Source: Candidatus Iainarchaeum sp. (lineage in GTDB: Archaea; Iainarchaeota; Iainarchaeia; Iainarchaeales; VGJJ01). From it: 64,000 bases of DNA. The first letter of the stretch is position 1. Each line of letters opens with the position of its first letter. Position numbers and translations under genes: made by a program. The stretch covers positions 64,001 through 128,000 of the forward strand of contig JAZDJQ010000018.1 of NCBI GenBank assembly GCA_043803765.1. The letters are read 5' to 3'. This document shows, piece by piece, positions 29,192 through 39,061 of this stretch. The notes beneath the pieces were generated by a model. That model worked only from the letters and a program-made list of their open reading frames with translations, did no database searches and was not told where the DNA came from.

Positions 29192-29251
29192 GGGAATGAT
29201 GACGTAAACCCCGACTGACGAAAGGATGATGAATTAACTCACGTCTGACCC
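29192..29251 (+). ncRNA. Box C/D methylation-guide sRNA
   Basis: GGG-A-ATGATGA-CGTAAACCCCGA-CTGA-CGAAAGG-ATGATGA-ATTAACTCACGT-CTGA-CCC: four consensus boxes and two 12-nt guides. Confidence 0.9.
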
Positions 29252-29300
29252 GCTTTCTATTTCCATGGGGGTTAAAAACAGGAAAATGGTTTTCTTACGC

Positions 29301-29999
29301 ATGGTTATTACTTTAACGTTAACCCAAGCCGAATCAAAGAAAGTAATAGAAAAATTAAGGGAATACCCTTCTTTACCTATTCCATCCGCGTATGAGAAGG
29401 CACGCCACCAAGTGGGAGATGCACGTGTAACCGTGTATGCGAGCGGAAAAGTGGTTATCCAAGCAAAAAACAACGAAGTGGAAGAAGCCATTCATGAACG
29501 AATAACGAAATGGTTAGGAAATGAATTAGACGAACTAGTGCTTGGAATGGATGAAACAGGAAGAGGAGAACGGCACGGCCCACTCGTGGTAAGCGGAGTG
29601 TTAGGACAGCGCAACCAACTGCGCGCCGTGAGGGACTCTAAAAAAACACACAACATCAAAGGAGCATATCATACTGCAACCCATAAAAGTAAAATGCAAG
29701 TAAGCGTCTCATTCAATGCTGAAACAATTGACGAACTAAGGAGAAAAGGAATCACGCTCAACGAGATGGAAAGCCATGCCATGCAAAAAATACATGAACT
29801 GATTAACGTTTTTTTCCCTGAATCGATCACGATTGCGGATGGAAAACCTCTTAAAAAAGGAATGAAGGGAATTATTTTTCAAGAAAAAGCAGATGACACC
29901 GAACCAAGTGTAGCAGCAGCAAGTATTGTTGCCAAACATACACGAAATGAGAGTGGAGACCAAAATGAACGGAAAACATGGAAGCGAATTGCGGATTAA
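29301..29999 (+). CDS. RNase HII/HIII-family nuclease with N-terminal TBP-like (DUF3378-type) domain
   Basis: VTVYASGKVVIQ N-domain; GMDETGRG, VRDSKK, KAD...VAAASIVAK. Confidence 0.8.
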   Translation: MVITLTLTQAESKKVIEKLREYPSLPIPSAYEKARHQVGDARVTVYASGKVVIQAKNNEVEEAIHERITKWLGNELDELVLGMDETGRGERHGPLVVSGVLGQRNQLRAVRDSKKTHNIKGAYHTATHKSKMQVSVSFNAETIDELRRKGITLNEMESHAMQKIHELINVFFPESITIADGKPLKKGMKGIIFQEKADDTEPSVAAASIVAKHTRNESGDQNERKTWKRIAD

Positions 30000-30531
30000 C
30001 CCGCATTCCAGAATAAAAATGATCAACGCGGCAAAGGCGCCGGATGTTCGATTATGGACAAATGAAAATTTGGCCGAGAAAAAAGAGATTCTTCCTCCAA
30101 AAAGACTAACCCGAGACGAGAGGATAAGATGGTATTCGCAAAGGGATATCAAAATAAGGAGCATTATCAGAAAAGAAAACGAACGAAAAATGAAGATGGA
30201 GGATGAATTCAGGAAAATGGCAAGAAAAGAAGGGCACCTCTCCGAGGAAGCGATCAACAAGATGGAGCCACTGGCCATTAAATTGTTCAGGGTGGAAATG
30301 AGACTGCATCGAATGGAAATATTAGCACTATTGCATCGGACCTATTGGGAAATCGAGGAAAGAAACCCGACACCAGAGGAGTCCAAGCGAATATGGAAAG
30401 AAACCCAAGACGTCATCGAATCCTACCGCAACGTAGAACGGGAAATGATTGAAATGATTAACCATTCCACTGAACGGAAAGGCGGGATAAGAGACATGAT
30501 TATACGATCATTAAGGAAAAAGCGGGATTAG
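29965..30531 (+). CDS. Hypothetical charged helical protein
   Basis: Long E/R/K-rich ORF; start codon uncertain. Confidence 0.55.
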   Translation: MNGKHGSELRINPHSRIKMINAAKAPDVRLWTNENLAEKKEILPPKRLTRDERIRWYSQRDIKIRSIIRKENERKMKMEDEFRKMARKEGHLSEEAINKMEPLAIKLFRVEMRLHRMEILALLHRTYWEIEERNPTPEESKRIWKETQDVIESYRNVEREMIEMINHSTERKGGIRDMIIRSLRKKRD

Positions 30532-31103
30532 AGAACCGCCACCCCTTTTTTCAGGAGAGCAGCCTCCTTCTTAGATAAGGAAAATCGCCGGACGTTTTTT
30601 CCGATCAACGCACTCCCTCCATACGGGTCTAACACCCGCACGGTGAAAGACATTTTTCCTTCTTTGCATTTGGTTAAGTCGCGTATTCTTTCTTTTGCCG
30701 CTTTCGCCTGCTTAGGATTATCACTTTTCATCAGCACGGACAAAACATCCGAAACACGCTCAAGCAGGCCTTCAATATTAGTAAAAAATCCTTCGGCAAA
30801 AGAACCGGGCTCTAATACTACCCCTAATTCTGGAATTTCAACTGTTCCTGAAGAATTGCGAACGATTTTGGTTTCCAAGTCCTTCTCTTTGTGAATACGA
30901 ACATCAAAACCAGTAGGAGAATTGAATTCTAGACTCATCACGTCGGACCATTTCATTCCGCAATGCGAACAAGAAAGAGACTGAAGAAGAATCCTACCAA
31001 AATAAGGAACGTTTTCAACCAATTGAATAATGACGGCCTCCTTCTTACACTGCGGACAAGGAACATGGACAATCGAATGAGGTTCTTCATCTTTTTTCTT
31101 CAT
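30528..31103 (-). CDS. ZPR1 zinc-finger protein
   Basis: CPQC...VPYFG...CSHCG, IPELG, TNIEGLL, DPYGGS. Confidence 0.92.
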   Translation of the reverse strand: MKKKDEEPHSIVHVPCPQCKKEAVIIQLVENVPYFGRILLQSLSCSHCGMKWSDVMSLEFNSPTGFDVRIHKEKDLETKIVRNSSGTVEIPELGVVLEPGSFAEGFFTNIEGLLERVSDVLSVLMKSDNPKQAKAAKERIRDLTKCKEGKMSFTVRVLDPYGGSALIGKNVRRFSLSKKEAALLKKGVAVL

Positions 31104-31444
31104 TATGAAACACTCTTCTTCTTTCGTGCATTCCTCACCGGAATGGATTCCAACCAGTTTTTATTCGAATGAAAAGAACGCTCTAATTCCTGCACCCGCT
31201 TCTCAACATCTTCCAAACGGGAAAAAAGCTGGGTTATTTTTACCTGTATTGGGGTAATAGGAGTTTCACGAGAAGAAAAAATGGAATCATTTTCATTAGG
31301 AATTGAAGGAAGGGGAGGGGAAATAGTAGGAGGAATGAATGCGACTCTTACTTGATTTTTTTTCTTAGGAAAAAAATGAACGAGTGCATTCAATAGTAAT
31401 AGAAAAATAGCCACCACCGCTAATACAAAAGAAGTATCAACCAT
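31103..31444 (-). CDS. Small membrane-anchored coiled-coil protein
   Basis: N-terminal TM, Pro linker and short coiled coil; translationally coupled to ZPR1. Confidence 0.6.
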   Translation of the reverse strand: MVDTSFVLAVVAIFLLLLNALVHFFPKKKNQVRVAFIPPTISPPLPSIPNENDSIFSSRETPITPIQVKITQLFSRLEDVEKRVQELERSFHSNKNWLESIPVRNARKKKSVS

Positions 31445-31451
31445 TTCAGCA

Positions 31452-32216
31452 TCACACCCTCGAACTGTTTATAGTTAACGTTGGAAAAAAACGAGCAAAA
31501 AGATGTTCCTGCGCACGCTCAACTTCTTCAAGAGAAACCCCTTTTATTTCCGCCACACGACGCGCAACGAGTGGAATCCAACTCGGGTCAGAAGGCTTCC
31601 CGCCAAAAGGAATAGGAGAATCCGTTTCCAACCCTATCAACTCAAGGGGCTGATTTTGAATAAAGGTATCCATATGAGAAGAATTCAAAATAGCCGGACC
31701 TACCGTGCATACCCATTTTTTCTCAATAATAAGACGTTGCTGGGTTGGATTGCCTGAAAACCAATGCAAAATTACCTTTTGGGCACCCCCCTCGCTTAAT
31801 CGATCCAAACATTGTTGTTTTGCATGACGAGAGTGAACCACAATGAGTTTATCATATTCTACCGCCCATTCAATAAACTGACGAAAAACATGCATTTGCA
31901 ATGATTGCTTCTCAGTCGTATCCCCATACAAAAAATCAAGACCGGTTTCTCCAAGGTAAGGAGCATCTTCCACATGACCCTTATACCAAGCAAGCGTTTT
32001 TTCTATGAGAGCGGGGGATTTTATCACTTCTTCAGGATGCCAACCCAATCCAATAAGGGTAGGATGCGAAGAAAAACCACCACTAAAAGCATTCCAATTG
32101 GAAGGAGAAATGGTATTTTGACACCACCAAGAAACGTTTGCCTTAACGGAATGCCTTGCTGCTTCCTGGGGAGAAGGAGAATCCAAAATATGGGTATGAA
32201 AATCAATCCAGGGCAT
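31452..32216 (-). CDS. tatD: TatD-family nuclease
   Basis: DFHTH, GWHPE, GETGLD, VHSR, HWF, ETDSP. Confidence 0.92.
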   Translation of the reverse strand: MPWIDFHTHILDSPSPQEAARHSVKANVSWWCQNTISPSNWNAFSGGFSSHPTLIGLGWHPEEVIKSPALIEKTLAWYKGHVEDAPYLGETGLDFLYGDTTEKQSLQMHVFRQFIEWAVEYDKLIVVHSRHAKQQCLDRLSEGGAQKVILHWFSGNPTQQRLIIEKKWVCTVGPAILNSSHMDTFIQNQPLELIGLETDSPIPFGGKPSDPSWIPLVARRVAEIKGVSLEEVERAQEHLFARFFPTLTINSSRV

Positions 32217-32273
32217 GGGTACTACTAGCCGGGATAATGCTCATTTTAAAGGAATTCCATAAAAGAAAGGCAT

Positions 32274-33410
32274 ATGGACCCCACTCTTAACGGGTTATCT
32301 GAAAACGAACCAACATCACGGGCGGCAGCCCATACTCCTCGGGCGCTCGCCATCGCAGGAATAATCATTGTTTTGTTATTCATTGTGGGTTTTCTCATAT
32401 TCTCACGATTAACCACTCCAACACCGGAAGAACCAATTGTTCTGCCCGTGAAGGTAAAACTACTCGCCGACACATCCTGTACACTATGCCCGCAAACGAA
32501 TACCCTGCTTGCAAAACTAGATGAAGGAAACGTCCAGTATGAGTTAGAAACAGTTGACATTTATTCGGAGGAAGGAAAAGAACTTGCAACCGAATTCGAA
32601 ATAAGTTATGCTCCTGCCCTCCTTGTGAGTGTAGCAGGACTAGACCAAAACACGATGATTCAAAGCGCACTCCTTGGAAAATACATCAAGGAACCGCTCA
32701 AAACAAAAAAAGGATGGATTGTTGTTCCAGAAAAATTTTTAGACAAAGAACCTAAACTTCTCACGTTTATCAATCAACCCACTACTTGTGAAGTACCAGA
32801 AGGAAAAATACTTTTAACCGCATTCATGGATTATGGAGACTGCAAGCCCTGCATCGACGCATACAAAAAATTAACAGCCGTTACGGAAAAATACACGAAT
32901 GTAGTAGTGGATTACACCCCTATCATGTACCAACGCACTACCATTACGGCGATTAACAAAGCGTTCACTTCAAACAAAGGAGCCGTGTGCGCTGAAAAAC
33001 TAGGATTTTTGGATGATTACACCGGATGCAATTATTTCAATTCCCAATTCTATGGAAATCTGGATATTAACTTTATGAAATCCTGCATTGCTGAAGCAGG
33101 AGGAAAAAGCAAAGAAAAGCAGACCGAATTCGTTGAATGCGTAAATGATGCAAATTCTACCACCGATGCACAACTTATCCAAAATAGTCAAACAAATGAA
33201 AAATGGAACCCTATTGAGTATACTCCTTCCTTTGTATTGGATTGCACGTATTCATTTGTAGGGCAGAACAGCATTGAACCCTATCTCTGCTATTTCCACC
33301 CTGAACTAGAAGGGTGTATTTCCATCCTCGACGAGGAAGGCATACTGAATACCCCTATTCAAAATACCCCTATTCAGCAAACAGAAACCGAAGACATGAA
33401 TGATGAGTAA
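32274..33410 (+). CDS. Membrane-anchored double thioredoxin/DsbA-like protein
   Basis: TM; CTLC and CKPC motifs; TPSFV. Confidence 0.75.
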   Translation: MDPTLNGLSENEPTSRAAAHTPRALAIAGIIIVLLFIVGFLIFSRLTTPTPEEPIVLPVKVKLLADTSCTLCPQTNTLLAKLDEGNVQYELETVDIYSEEGKELATEFEISYAPALLVSVAGLDQNTMIQSALLGKYIKEPLKTKKGWIVVPEKFLDKEPKLLTFINQPTTCEVPEGKILLTAFMDYGDCKPCIDAYKKLTAVTEKYTNVVVDYTPIMYQRTTITAINKAFTSNKGAVCAEKLGFLDDYTGCNYFNSQFYGNLDINFMKSCIAEAGGKSKEKQTEFVECVNDANSTTDAQLIQNSQTNEKWNPIEYTPSFVLDCTYSFVGQNSIEPYLCYFHPELEGCISILDEEGILNTPIQNTPIQQTETEDMNDE

Positions 33411-33451
33411 ATACGCAAGCCTAAAAACAACTCATTACGTTTATTCTACCT

Positions 33452-34588
33452 ATGACCACGAATGTTTCAATCGAATACGCGAATGCACAAGACAAACTAG
33501 ACCGTGCCAAAACACCCTATGAAAAACTCGCGGCATTAGAAGAAATGAAAAGTTATGCCCCATCCCATAAAGGAGCAGAAAAACTCCGAGCGGAAATCAA
33601 CCACAAAATAGCCCAACTCAAACTCGACATTGAAAAAGACAAAAAACAATCCGCCAAAAGAGGAGGAGGACCCACGCTCGCCGTAAAAAAAGAAGGAGCG
33701 GGACAAATCGTATTAGTAGGACTGCCCAACGCGGGAAAAAGCACATTATTCAATGCCCTCACCGGATTAAACGCACCAGTAGGAGACTATGAATATACTA
33801 CGGTTCAACCCCAAGTAGGAATGGTTGATTTCAAAGGAGCCAAAATACAACTTGTAGACTTGCCCCCCATTTCCGAAGGAAGCGCAGAAGGAAAATTCAA
33901 TGGAAAAGAAATACTCGCCGTGATACGAAATGCCGATGCCATCGTATTAGTTGTGCGTGCGGAGAACCCCGCCCACGAATACTTACTATTACAAAAAGAA
34001 TTAGAAAAAGCAGGCATTTCGCTGAATAGGAAAAAACCAAACGTGAGCATCACCCCCACCCCCTTCCCCGGTTTTTCTCTCACCGGAAAAGAATTTCTCA
34101 AAATTCCACAAGAACAATTAGTCGAGTATCTCAAAAAAATAGGAATGCACAACGTGCACGTGATTCTACGAGAGAATACCACACTGGATGTGGTGGCGGA
34201 AGTACTAAATGAAAAACTAGTGTATCGAAAAGCCATGATTATTGTCATGAAAAGCGTTGAGAAAAAAGAAACAAAACGAGACGAAAAAGGACTCATCGTG
34301 TTCACATGGCAGGATGATAAAGAATCAAAAAAAGAAGCGGTTGATTTATTATTCGAGATTCTGGACAAAGTATTCGTTTACACTAAAAAACCGGGAACGG
34401 CTGCCGCGACACTCCCACTAATCGTACCAAAAGGAGCAACCGTATTAAACGTCGCCGAACTCATACACAAAGATATCGTTCAAACACTCAAATCCGCCAA
34501 AATATGGGGAAGCACCAAATTTGAAGGACAACGAGTAGCAAAAGATTATGTAGTGCAGAATGGGGATATTGTCGAATTCTGCTGGTAA
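33452..34588 (+). CDS. DRG-family (OBG) GTPase with TGS domain
   Basis: GLPNAGKST, YEYTT, DLPP, C-terminal TGS domain. Confidence 0.92.
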   Translation: MTTNVSIEYANAQDKLDRAKTPYEKLAALEEMKSYAPSHKGAEKLRAEINHKIAQLKLDIEKDKKQSAKRGGGPTLAVKKEGAGQIVLVGLPNAGKSTLFNALTGLNAPVGDYEYTTVQPQVGMVDFKGAKIQLVDLPPISEGSAEGKFNGKEILAVIRNADAIVLVVRAENPAHEYLLLQKELEKAGISLNRKKPNVSITPTPFPGFSLTGKEFLKIPQEQLVEYLKKIGMHNVHVILRENTTLDVVAEVLNEKLVYRKAMIIVMKSVEKKETKRDEKGLIVFTWQDDKESKKEAVDLLFEILDKVFVYTKKPGTAAATLPLIVPKGATVLNVAELIHKDIVQTLKSAKIWGSTKFEGQRVAKDYVVQNGDIVEFCW

Positions 34589-34609
34589 AAAAAAATGAAA
34601 AAAATATTT

Positions 34610-35893
34610 TTATTCGTTCCCTTGCCGTGAGGAAGTAAACAATTCTAACGCTTTCCTACCAATAAGAATAAGGGCAATACCCCCCAAAACAAATGCAATA
34701 CCCGTGATAAGCGTATCCGATGCCGATTGAGAAGAATCCGTTCCATCCGCAATCCCCGCACTCTTAATCTGTTTGACTAATACCTTGGCTTTTTCCCCTG
34801 TTTCTTTTGCCGAAGTGTATTGCTTTTTACCAAATGCACTTACTGCATTATTCCACGCCCCCTCAAAATCATTCACGCCTGATTGGTTTTCCCAACGATA
34901 ACGATTTTCCTCCGCTAAAATAACCTGCGCCGCATGAGACAAAGAAGAAAAACCCGTAATATTCAACAGAGAAGAATCATCCCCATACAATACAACGTAG
35001 GCAAGGGAACGGGCAACCCGGTTGTTTCCTTCCGCTTCCAACGCGCTCACTTTTGTCTGAATACTCGCAAATTCGGTTGTAATCCTCTGTTTATTCTCGG
35101 CAGCCAAATCAGCATAATAGGAAAATGAACTCGTAAGCGTTTGATTAGGACCGAGAGGAGACAATAATCCCAACAGTTGGGACTTCGTCTGGGCATCCAA
35201 TGCATTATCTGATGCAATCTGATTTTTTACTTTGGAAATAGACTGGTCATAGGACGCCGCATCTTCTTTCAACGAATCGATTGCATCAAACACCGCACCA
35301 TACTTCGTCGAAATCGTATTCACAACCGAGGTGTTAATCGAAACATTAAGAAAAGATGTTTCATCCTCGCTCAATGATTTGATGCCATTCGCAACACTGC
35401 GAATATCATCCACCATGCTGGCTAATTTTCCCTTAAGTGAAGAAATCTCAACCTGCAATGAAGGATTGGAAACCGTCTCGGAAACAATATCCACATCGAA
35501 CTCTTCATTTTCCACCGCATTCGCCAGTTCTTCCAACTTGTTCACCGTAGGAAGAGAAACAAGCCAAGATGTTTGCTGTTTAAGGAAAGAAATACGCTGC
35601 ACCAAATAGTTAGCCGAGACCAAATTCGTATGCAGTGTTCCAGCAGGAACCACGGCACTGTCCTTATCCGCAATGGGAATCACCGTACGAAGAACATCCC
35701 CTTGCAACAATGAAACCACCCAGTATTTCTGCACCCCATTCGTCTGAGGAAGCGCCTTGAAAACAACCGCCTTTTCCCCCGATTCCAAAAAATTACGCTC
35801 AAGTAATGCATTTTCAGCATCAATCGCCTGCAACCCCCATGCGAGAGGAAGGAAAAGGAATAGCGCTGCGAGAATGACTCTGTAGCTACGCAT
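34610..35893 (-). CDS. Secreted helical/coiled-coil protein with C-terminal TM
   Basis: Signal peptide, long helical body and C-terminal anchor. Confidence 0.75.
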   Translation of the reverse strand: MRSYRVILAALFLFLPLAWGLQAIDAENALLERNFLESGEKAVVFKALPQTNGVQKYWVVSLLQGDVLRTVIPIADKDSAVVPAGTLHTNLVSANYLVQRISFLKQQTSWLVSLPTVNKLEELANAVENEEFDVDIVSETVSNPSLQVEISSLKGKLASMVDDIRSVANGIKSLSEDETSFLNVSINTSVVNTISTKYGAVFDAIDSLKEDAASYDQSISKVKNQIASDNALDAQTKSQLLGLLSPLGPNQTLTSSFSYYADLAAENKQRITTEFASIQTKVSALEAEGNNRVARSLAYVVLYGDDSSLLNITGFSSLSHAAQVILAEENRYRWENQSGVNDFEGAWNNAVSAFGKKQYTSAKETGEKAKVLVKQIKSAGIADGTDSSQSASDTLITGIAFVLGGIALILIGRKALELFTSSRQGNE

Positions 35894-35969
35894 CACAGGG
35901 AGAAAAAAACCCATTATAGGTTATAATCCCTCCCCTACACATAGTGTAGAGAAGGGTCACCTATTTCCC

Positions 35970-36043
35970 GGGGATGTAGTGTAACCTGGTTATCACGGCA
36001 GGCTCCAGACCTGCAAATCGGGGTTCAAATCCCTGCGTCCCCA
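35970..36043 (+). tRNA. tRNA-Trp(CCA), intron-less
   Basis: GGGGATG/CGTCCCC-A; GCAGG-CTCCAGA-CCTGC; CGGGG-TTCAAAT-CCCTG. Confidence 0.95.
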
Positions 36044-36102
36044 CTTTACCATATACAGAAATTCGCCGTAGGAATAAAACGCCTTCCACTACCCCTGAGG
36101 AA

Positions 36103-36513
36103 ATGGCACGGATGTATTTGGATGCGAATGTATTCATCTCCTATTTCCGTGGGGAAATTGGTGCAAATTACAGGGGGTTATTCGTCGAAGCTGAAAAAGT
36201 ATTGGATTTCCTCCATGTAAATGGTCACACGGTGGTCATATCCTCTTTATGCTTAAAAGAAATAGAAACGGTTTCGTACATCCGAAAAACAGAACTGGAA
36301 GACCTTTTCAAACGAAAAAATATCACAACTGAATTCGTCACTAACCCCGAGTATTTGGATTGGAAACCATTTGAAAAAATAGGAATCCATTACCCCGATG
36401 CACTACATGTAGCTCTTGCAATATACTACCAGTGTGAAGCGATTATAACATTCAATGTCCATGACTTTCTTCCAGCAAAAAAAATTAGAATCATTGATCC
36501 GCGAGAACTTTAG
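36103..36513 (+). CDS. PIN-domain (VapC-like) toxin
   Basis: YLDANVF, E, DALHVALA, TFNVHDF acidic tetrad. Confidence 0.88.
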   Translation: MARMYLDANVFISYFRGEIGANYRGLFVEAEKVLDFLHVNGHTVVISSLCLKEIETVSYIRKTELEDLFKRKNITTEFVTNPEYLDWKPFEKIGIHYPDALHVALAIYYQCEAIITFNVHDFLPAKKIRIIDPREL

Positions 36514-36799
36514 TCGTGTTTACGCTTTTCTTTTTAAGAAACTCGTCCGCAATCTTTGCCCGTTGCTCTCGAGTTAATTCTTCCCCACGATAGCCCCTAT
36601 CATAGGCCGTGAGTGCAAGTGTCCTAAGAGCCAACCGAGAGTGCAAACGTTCATCGGACAATGTTTCCAATTCCACTATACACTTACGAATGGCATCCTT
36701 CAAAAACTCGGAACGAGAAGAATAAAGACCCGAACGAGAAACCAGTGCATCGATTTTACTCGCCATCTTGTCTTCCACCTGAACGGAAAGCATTTTCAT
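36491..36799 (-). CDS. Ribbon-helix-helix (CopG-type) putative antitoxin
   Basis: MLSVQV...IDALV...YSSRSEFLKDAIR. Confidence 0.82.
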   Translation of the reverse strand: MKMLSVQVEDKMASKIDALVSRSGLYSSRSEFLKDAIRKCIVELETLSDERLHSRLALRTLALTAYDRGYRGEELTREQRAKIADEFLKKKSVNTTKVLADQ

Positions 36800-36952
36800 T
36801 TTAGTAATGGGCTACTAATGGAATAAAAACCTACTCGGAAAAAAGAGCGAACGGCCACTAAAAGTGCTGGCCGCAGTGCAGGGGATGCAACTCGGTGTTG
36901 CCGCCGACAGGGAAAAACCAATAAATAGGAAACCGCATACTAAGTAATCAGC

Positions 36953-37396
36953 ATGCACCCCACCCCCGCCAAAATAGAAGACACTTCTTCAATCGTTCAA
37001 TTCATCCAACGTTATTTCCCATATACCACTATTGACGAGCAGGAAGTAAAACACCGCATCCAATCAAACGGGTTCATTTTTAACAAAATAATGCAAAACA
37101 AAAAAATAATCGGATACGCCGAATGGGAAATGGTAGAAGAAAAAAAAGAAACCATTCGATTAAATGGAATTGCGGTGCTTCCAGAATATCAACAAAAAGG
37201 AAATGGAACAATGCTTTTACAAGAAGGAGAGAAGGAAGCAAAAAAAAGAGGAATCAAAAAAATCCAATTATATGTAGGAGAAACAAATATGCCGGCAAAG
37301 CAAGCATATGCAAAGAATGGATACGCATATACTCGACCACACCTACGAAAAATAAATGGGGAAAAGGCGGAAGTGTGGGAGAAAAAAATAGTGTGA
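36953..37396 (+). CDS. GNAT N-acetyltransferase (RimI-like)
   Basis: IAVLPEYQQKGNG, N..A...Y.K.GY. Confidence 0.88.
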   Translation: MHPTPAKIEDTSSIVQFIQRYFPYTTIDEQEVKHRIQSNGFIFNKIMQNKKIIGYAEWEMVEEKKETIRLNGIAVLPEYQQKGNGTMLLQEGEKEAKKRGIKKIQLYVGETNMPAKQAYAKNGYAYTRPHLRKINGEKAEVWEKKIV

Positions 37397-38848
37397 TTAA
37401 TACGCTTTAGAAAACAACGTATAATATTCGGCACTTTTCCCGCAATGAACACACAAACCGTTTTTCACAGGCTTTTCATCTAACGGAATGCAGCGAGAAG
37501 AAGCCATTGTCTTATCTTTGATGTCTTTTTCACATTCTTTACTACCGCAAAAAAGCATCCGGATAAGTTTTCGCTGTTCAAGTGCATGCTCAAACTCGCG
37601 CATCGTTTTCACTTCAACCATACTTTCTTTCAAATGCTTCTCTGCTTTTGAAAAAAGAGAATGATGCATCGCATCCAATTCCGACTCAATTATTTTATCA
37701 ATTCCATACAATGAAACGATTTTCTTTTCACCCGTATCACGACGAACAAGAACGCACTGATTCTGCCCCACATCACGAGGACCTAGCTCGATGCGAATAG
37801 GAATACCCTTGAGCTCCCACTCATTAAATTTCCAACCCGCCGAATACTGTTCACGAGCATCCACCCACGCGCCAAATGCACGCAGTTCAGAAGACAATTT
37901 CCGCGCAACATCTAAAACAGTAGTATGGGAATCCGAAAAAAGAATAGGAACGATTACCACTTTGTTCCGAGCCAAGCGTGGAGGAAGAACCAATCCTTTA
38001 TCATCCCCATGCACCATGATTAACGCTCCAATTACCCTCGTTGAAAGACCCCACGAATTCTGCCAAGGAATATGCGGCTGCTCATCCTCTCCAGCGAATG
38101 TAATATTAAATGCTTTAGCAAAATTCTGCCCTAAGTCATGACTCGTACTGCCTTGCAGTGCTTTCCCATCCGGCATCCATGCCTCCAATGTAAACGTATC
38201 TTGAGCACCGGCAAACTTTTCCAACTGGGTCTTTTTCCCTGCAATCACGGGGATAGCAAGCAGCTCATGATAGACTTTCTGATACTCCATAAGAAAACGC
38301 ATGGTCTCATCTAATTCTTCCTCATGAGTCGCATACACGCAATGTCCTTCCTGCCACAAAAACTCGCGCGTGCGAATAAACAATTTAGTCATGGTGATTT
38401 CCCACCGCACAATATTGCACCACTGATTAATACGCAAGGGAAGATCGCGATGCGAACGAATCCACTTGGAATACATATCATACATCAATGTTTCACTTGT
38501 AGGACGAATAGCTAAACGTTCTCCACCATTCTCTTTTTCATCCTGGGCAATCCACGCCACCTCAGGAGCAAAACCTTCCGCATGCTCTTTCTCCTTATTG
38601 AAAAAAGACTCGGGAATAAGAAGAGGAAAATACGCGTTTTCTACACCTAATTTTTTGATATTCTTATCCAAAAAAGATTGAATGCCTTCCCATAATTGCA
38701 TCCCATGAGGACGAATGACCATGAACCCATGCACGGGAGAATAATCCGCCAGCTCTGCTTTCACCACCACTTGATTATACCATTCTGAAAAGTCATCGGA
38801 TTTCTTGACAGTGATTCCAACCAACTTCGGGGTCTTTTCTGCCGGCAT
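37397..38848 (-). CDS. proS: Proline--tRNA ligase (archaeal/eukaryote type)
   Basis: IRPTSET, RTREFLWQEGH, SWGLSTR, C-terminal Zn site and KAY end. Confidence 0.97.
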   Translation of the reverse strand: MPAEKTPKLVGITVKKSDDFSEWYNQVVVKAELADYSPVHGFMVIRPHGMQLWEGIQSFLDKNIKKLGVENAYFPLLIPESFFNKEKEHAEGFAPEVAWIAQDEKENGGERLAIRPTSETLMYDMYSKWIRSHRDLPLRINQWCNIVRWEITMTKLFIRTREFLWQEGHCVYATHEEELDETMRFLMEYQKVYHELLAIPVIAGKKTQLEKFAGAQDTFTLEAWMPDGKALQGSTSHDLGQNFAKAFNITFAGEDEQPHIPWQNSWGLSTRVIGALIMVHGDDKGLVLPPRLARNKVVIVPILFSDSHTTVLDVARKLSSELRAFGAWVDAREQYSAGWKFNEWELKGIPIRIELGPRDVGQNQCVLVRRDTGEKKIVSLYGIDKIIESELDAMHHSLFSKAEKHLKESMVEVKTMREFEHALEQRKLIRMLFCGSKECEKDIKDKTMASSRCIPLDEKPVKNGLCVHCGKSAEYYTLFSKAY

Positions 38849-38946
38849 GGAAAAAGAACAACTCCTAAATGGTTAATAATACGCCCCTGCACCACCCACC
38901 AAAATGATTTATAATGGGTCCCAAACCCCAAGTCATGGAGACAAAT

Positions 38947-39019
38947 GGGGGGGTAGTATAGCCTGGTAGTATACCACCTTGGGGTGGTGGCGACCCCGGT
39001 TCAAATCCGGGCCCTCCCG
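38947..39019 (+). tRNA. tRNA-Pro(GGG)
   Basis: GGGGGGG/CCCTCCC-G; CCACC-TTGGGGT-GGTGG; CCCGG-TTCAAAT-CCGGG. Confidence 0.93.
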
Positions 39020-39061
39020 TTTATTCTTCTTTGCACTAAACGATAAAAAACCATTCAACTA

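Noticed and set aside
36850-36910. Attachment-site duplicate for tRNA-Trp after the PIN/RHH pair
   Set aside because: Only GGGGATG matches the tRNA 5' end and no 3'-end copy was found; too short to call.
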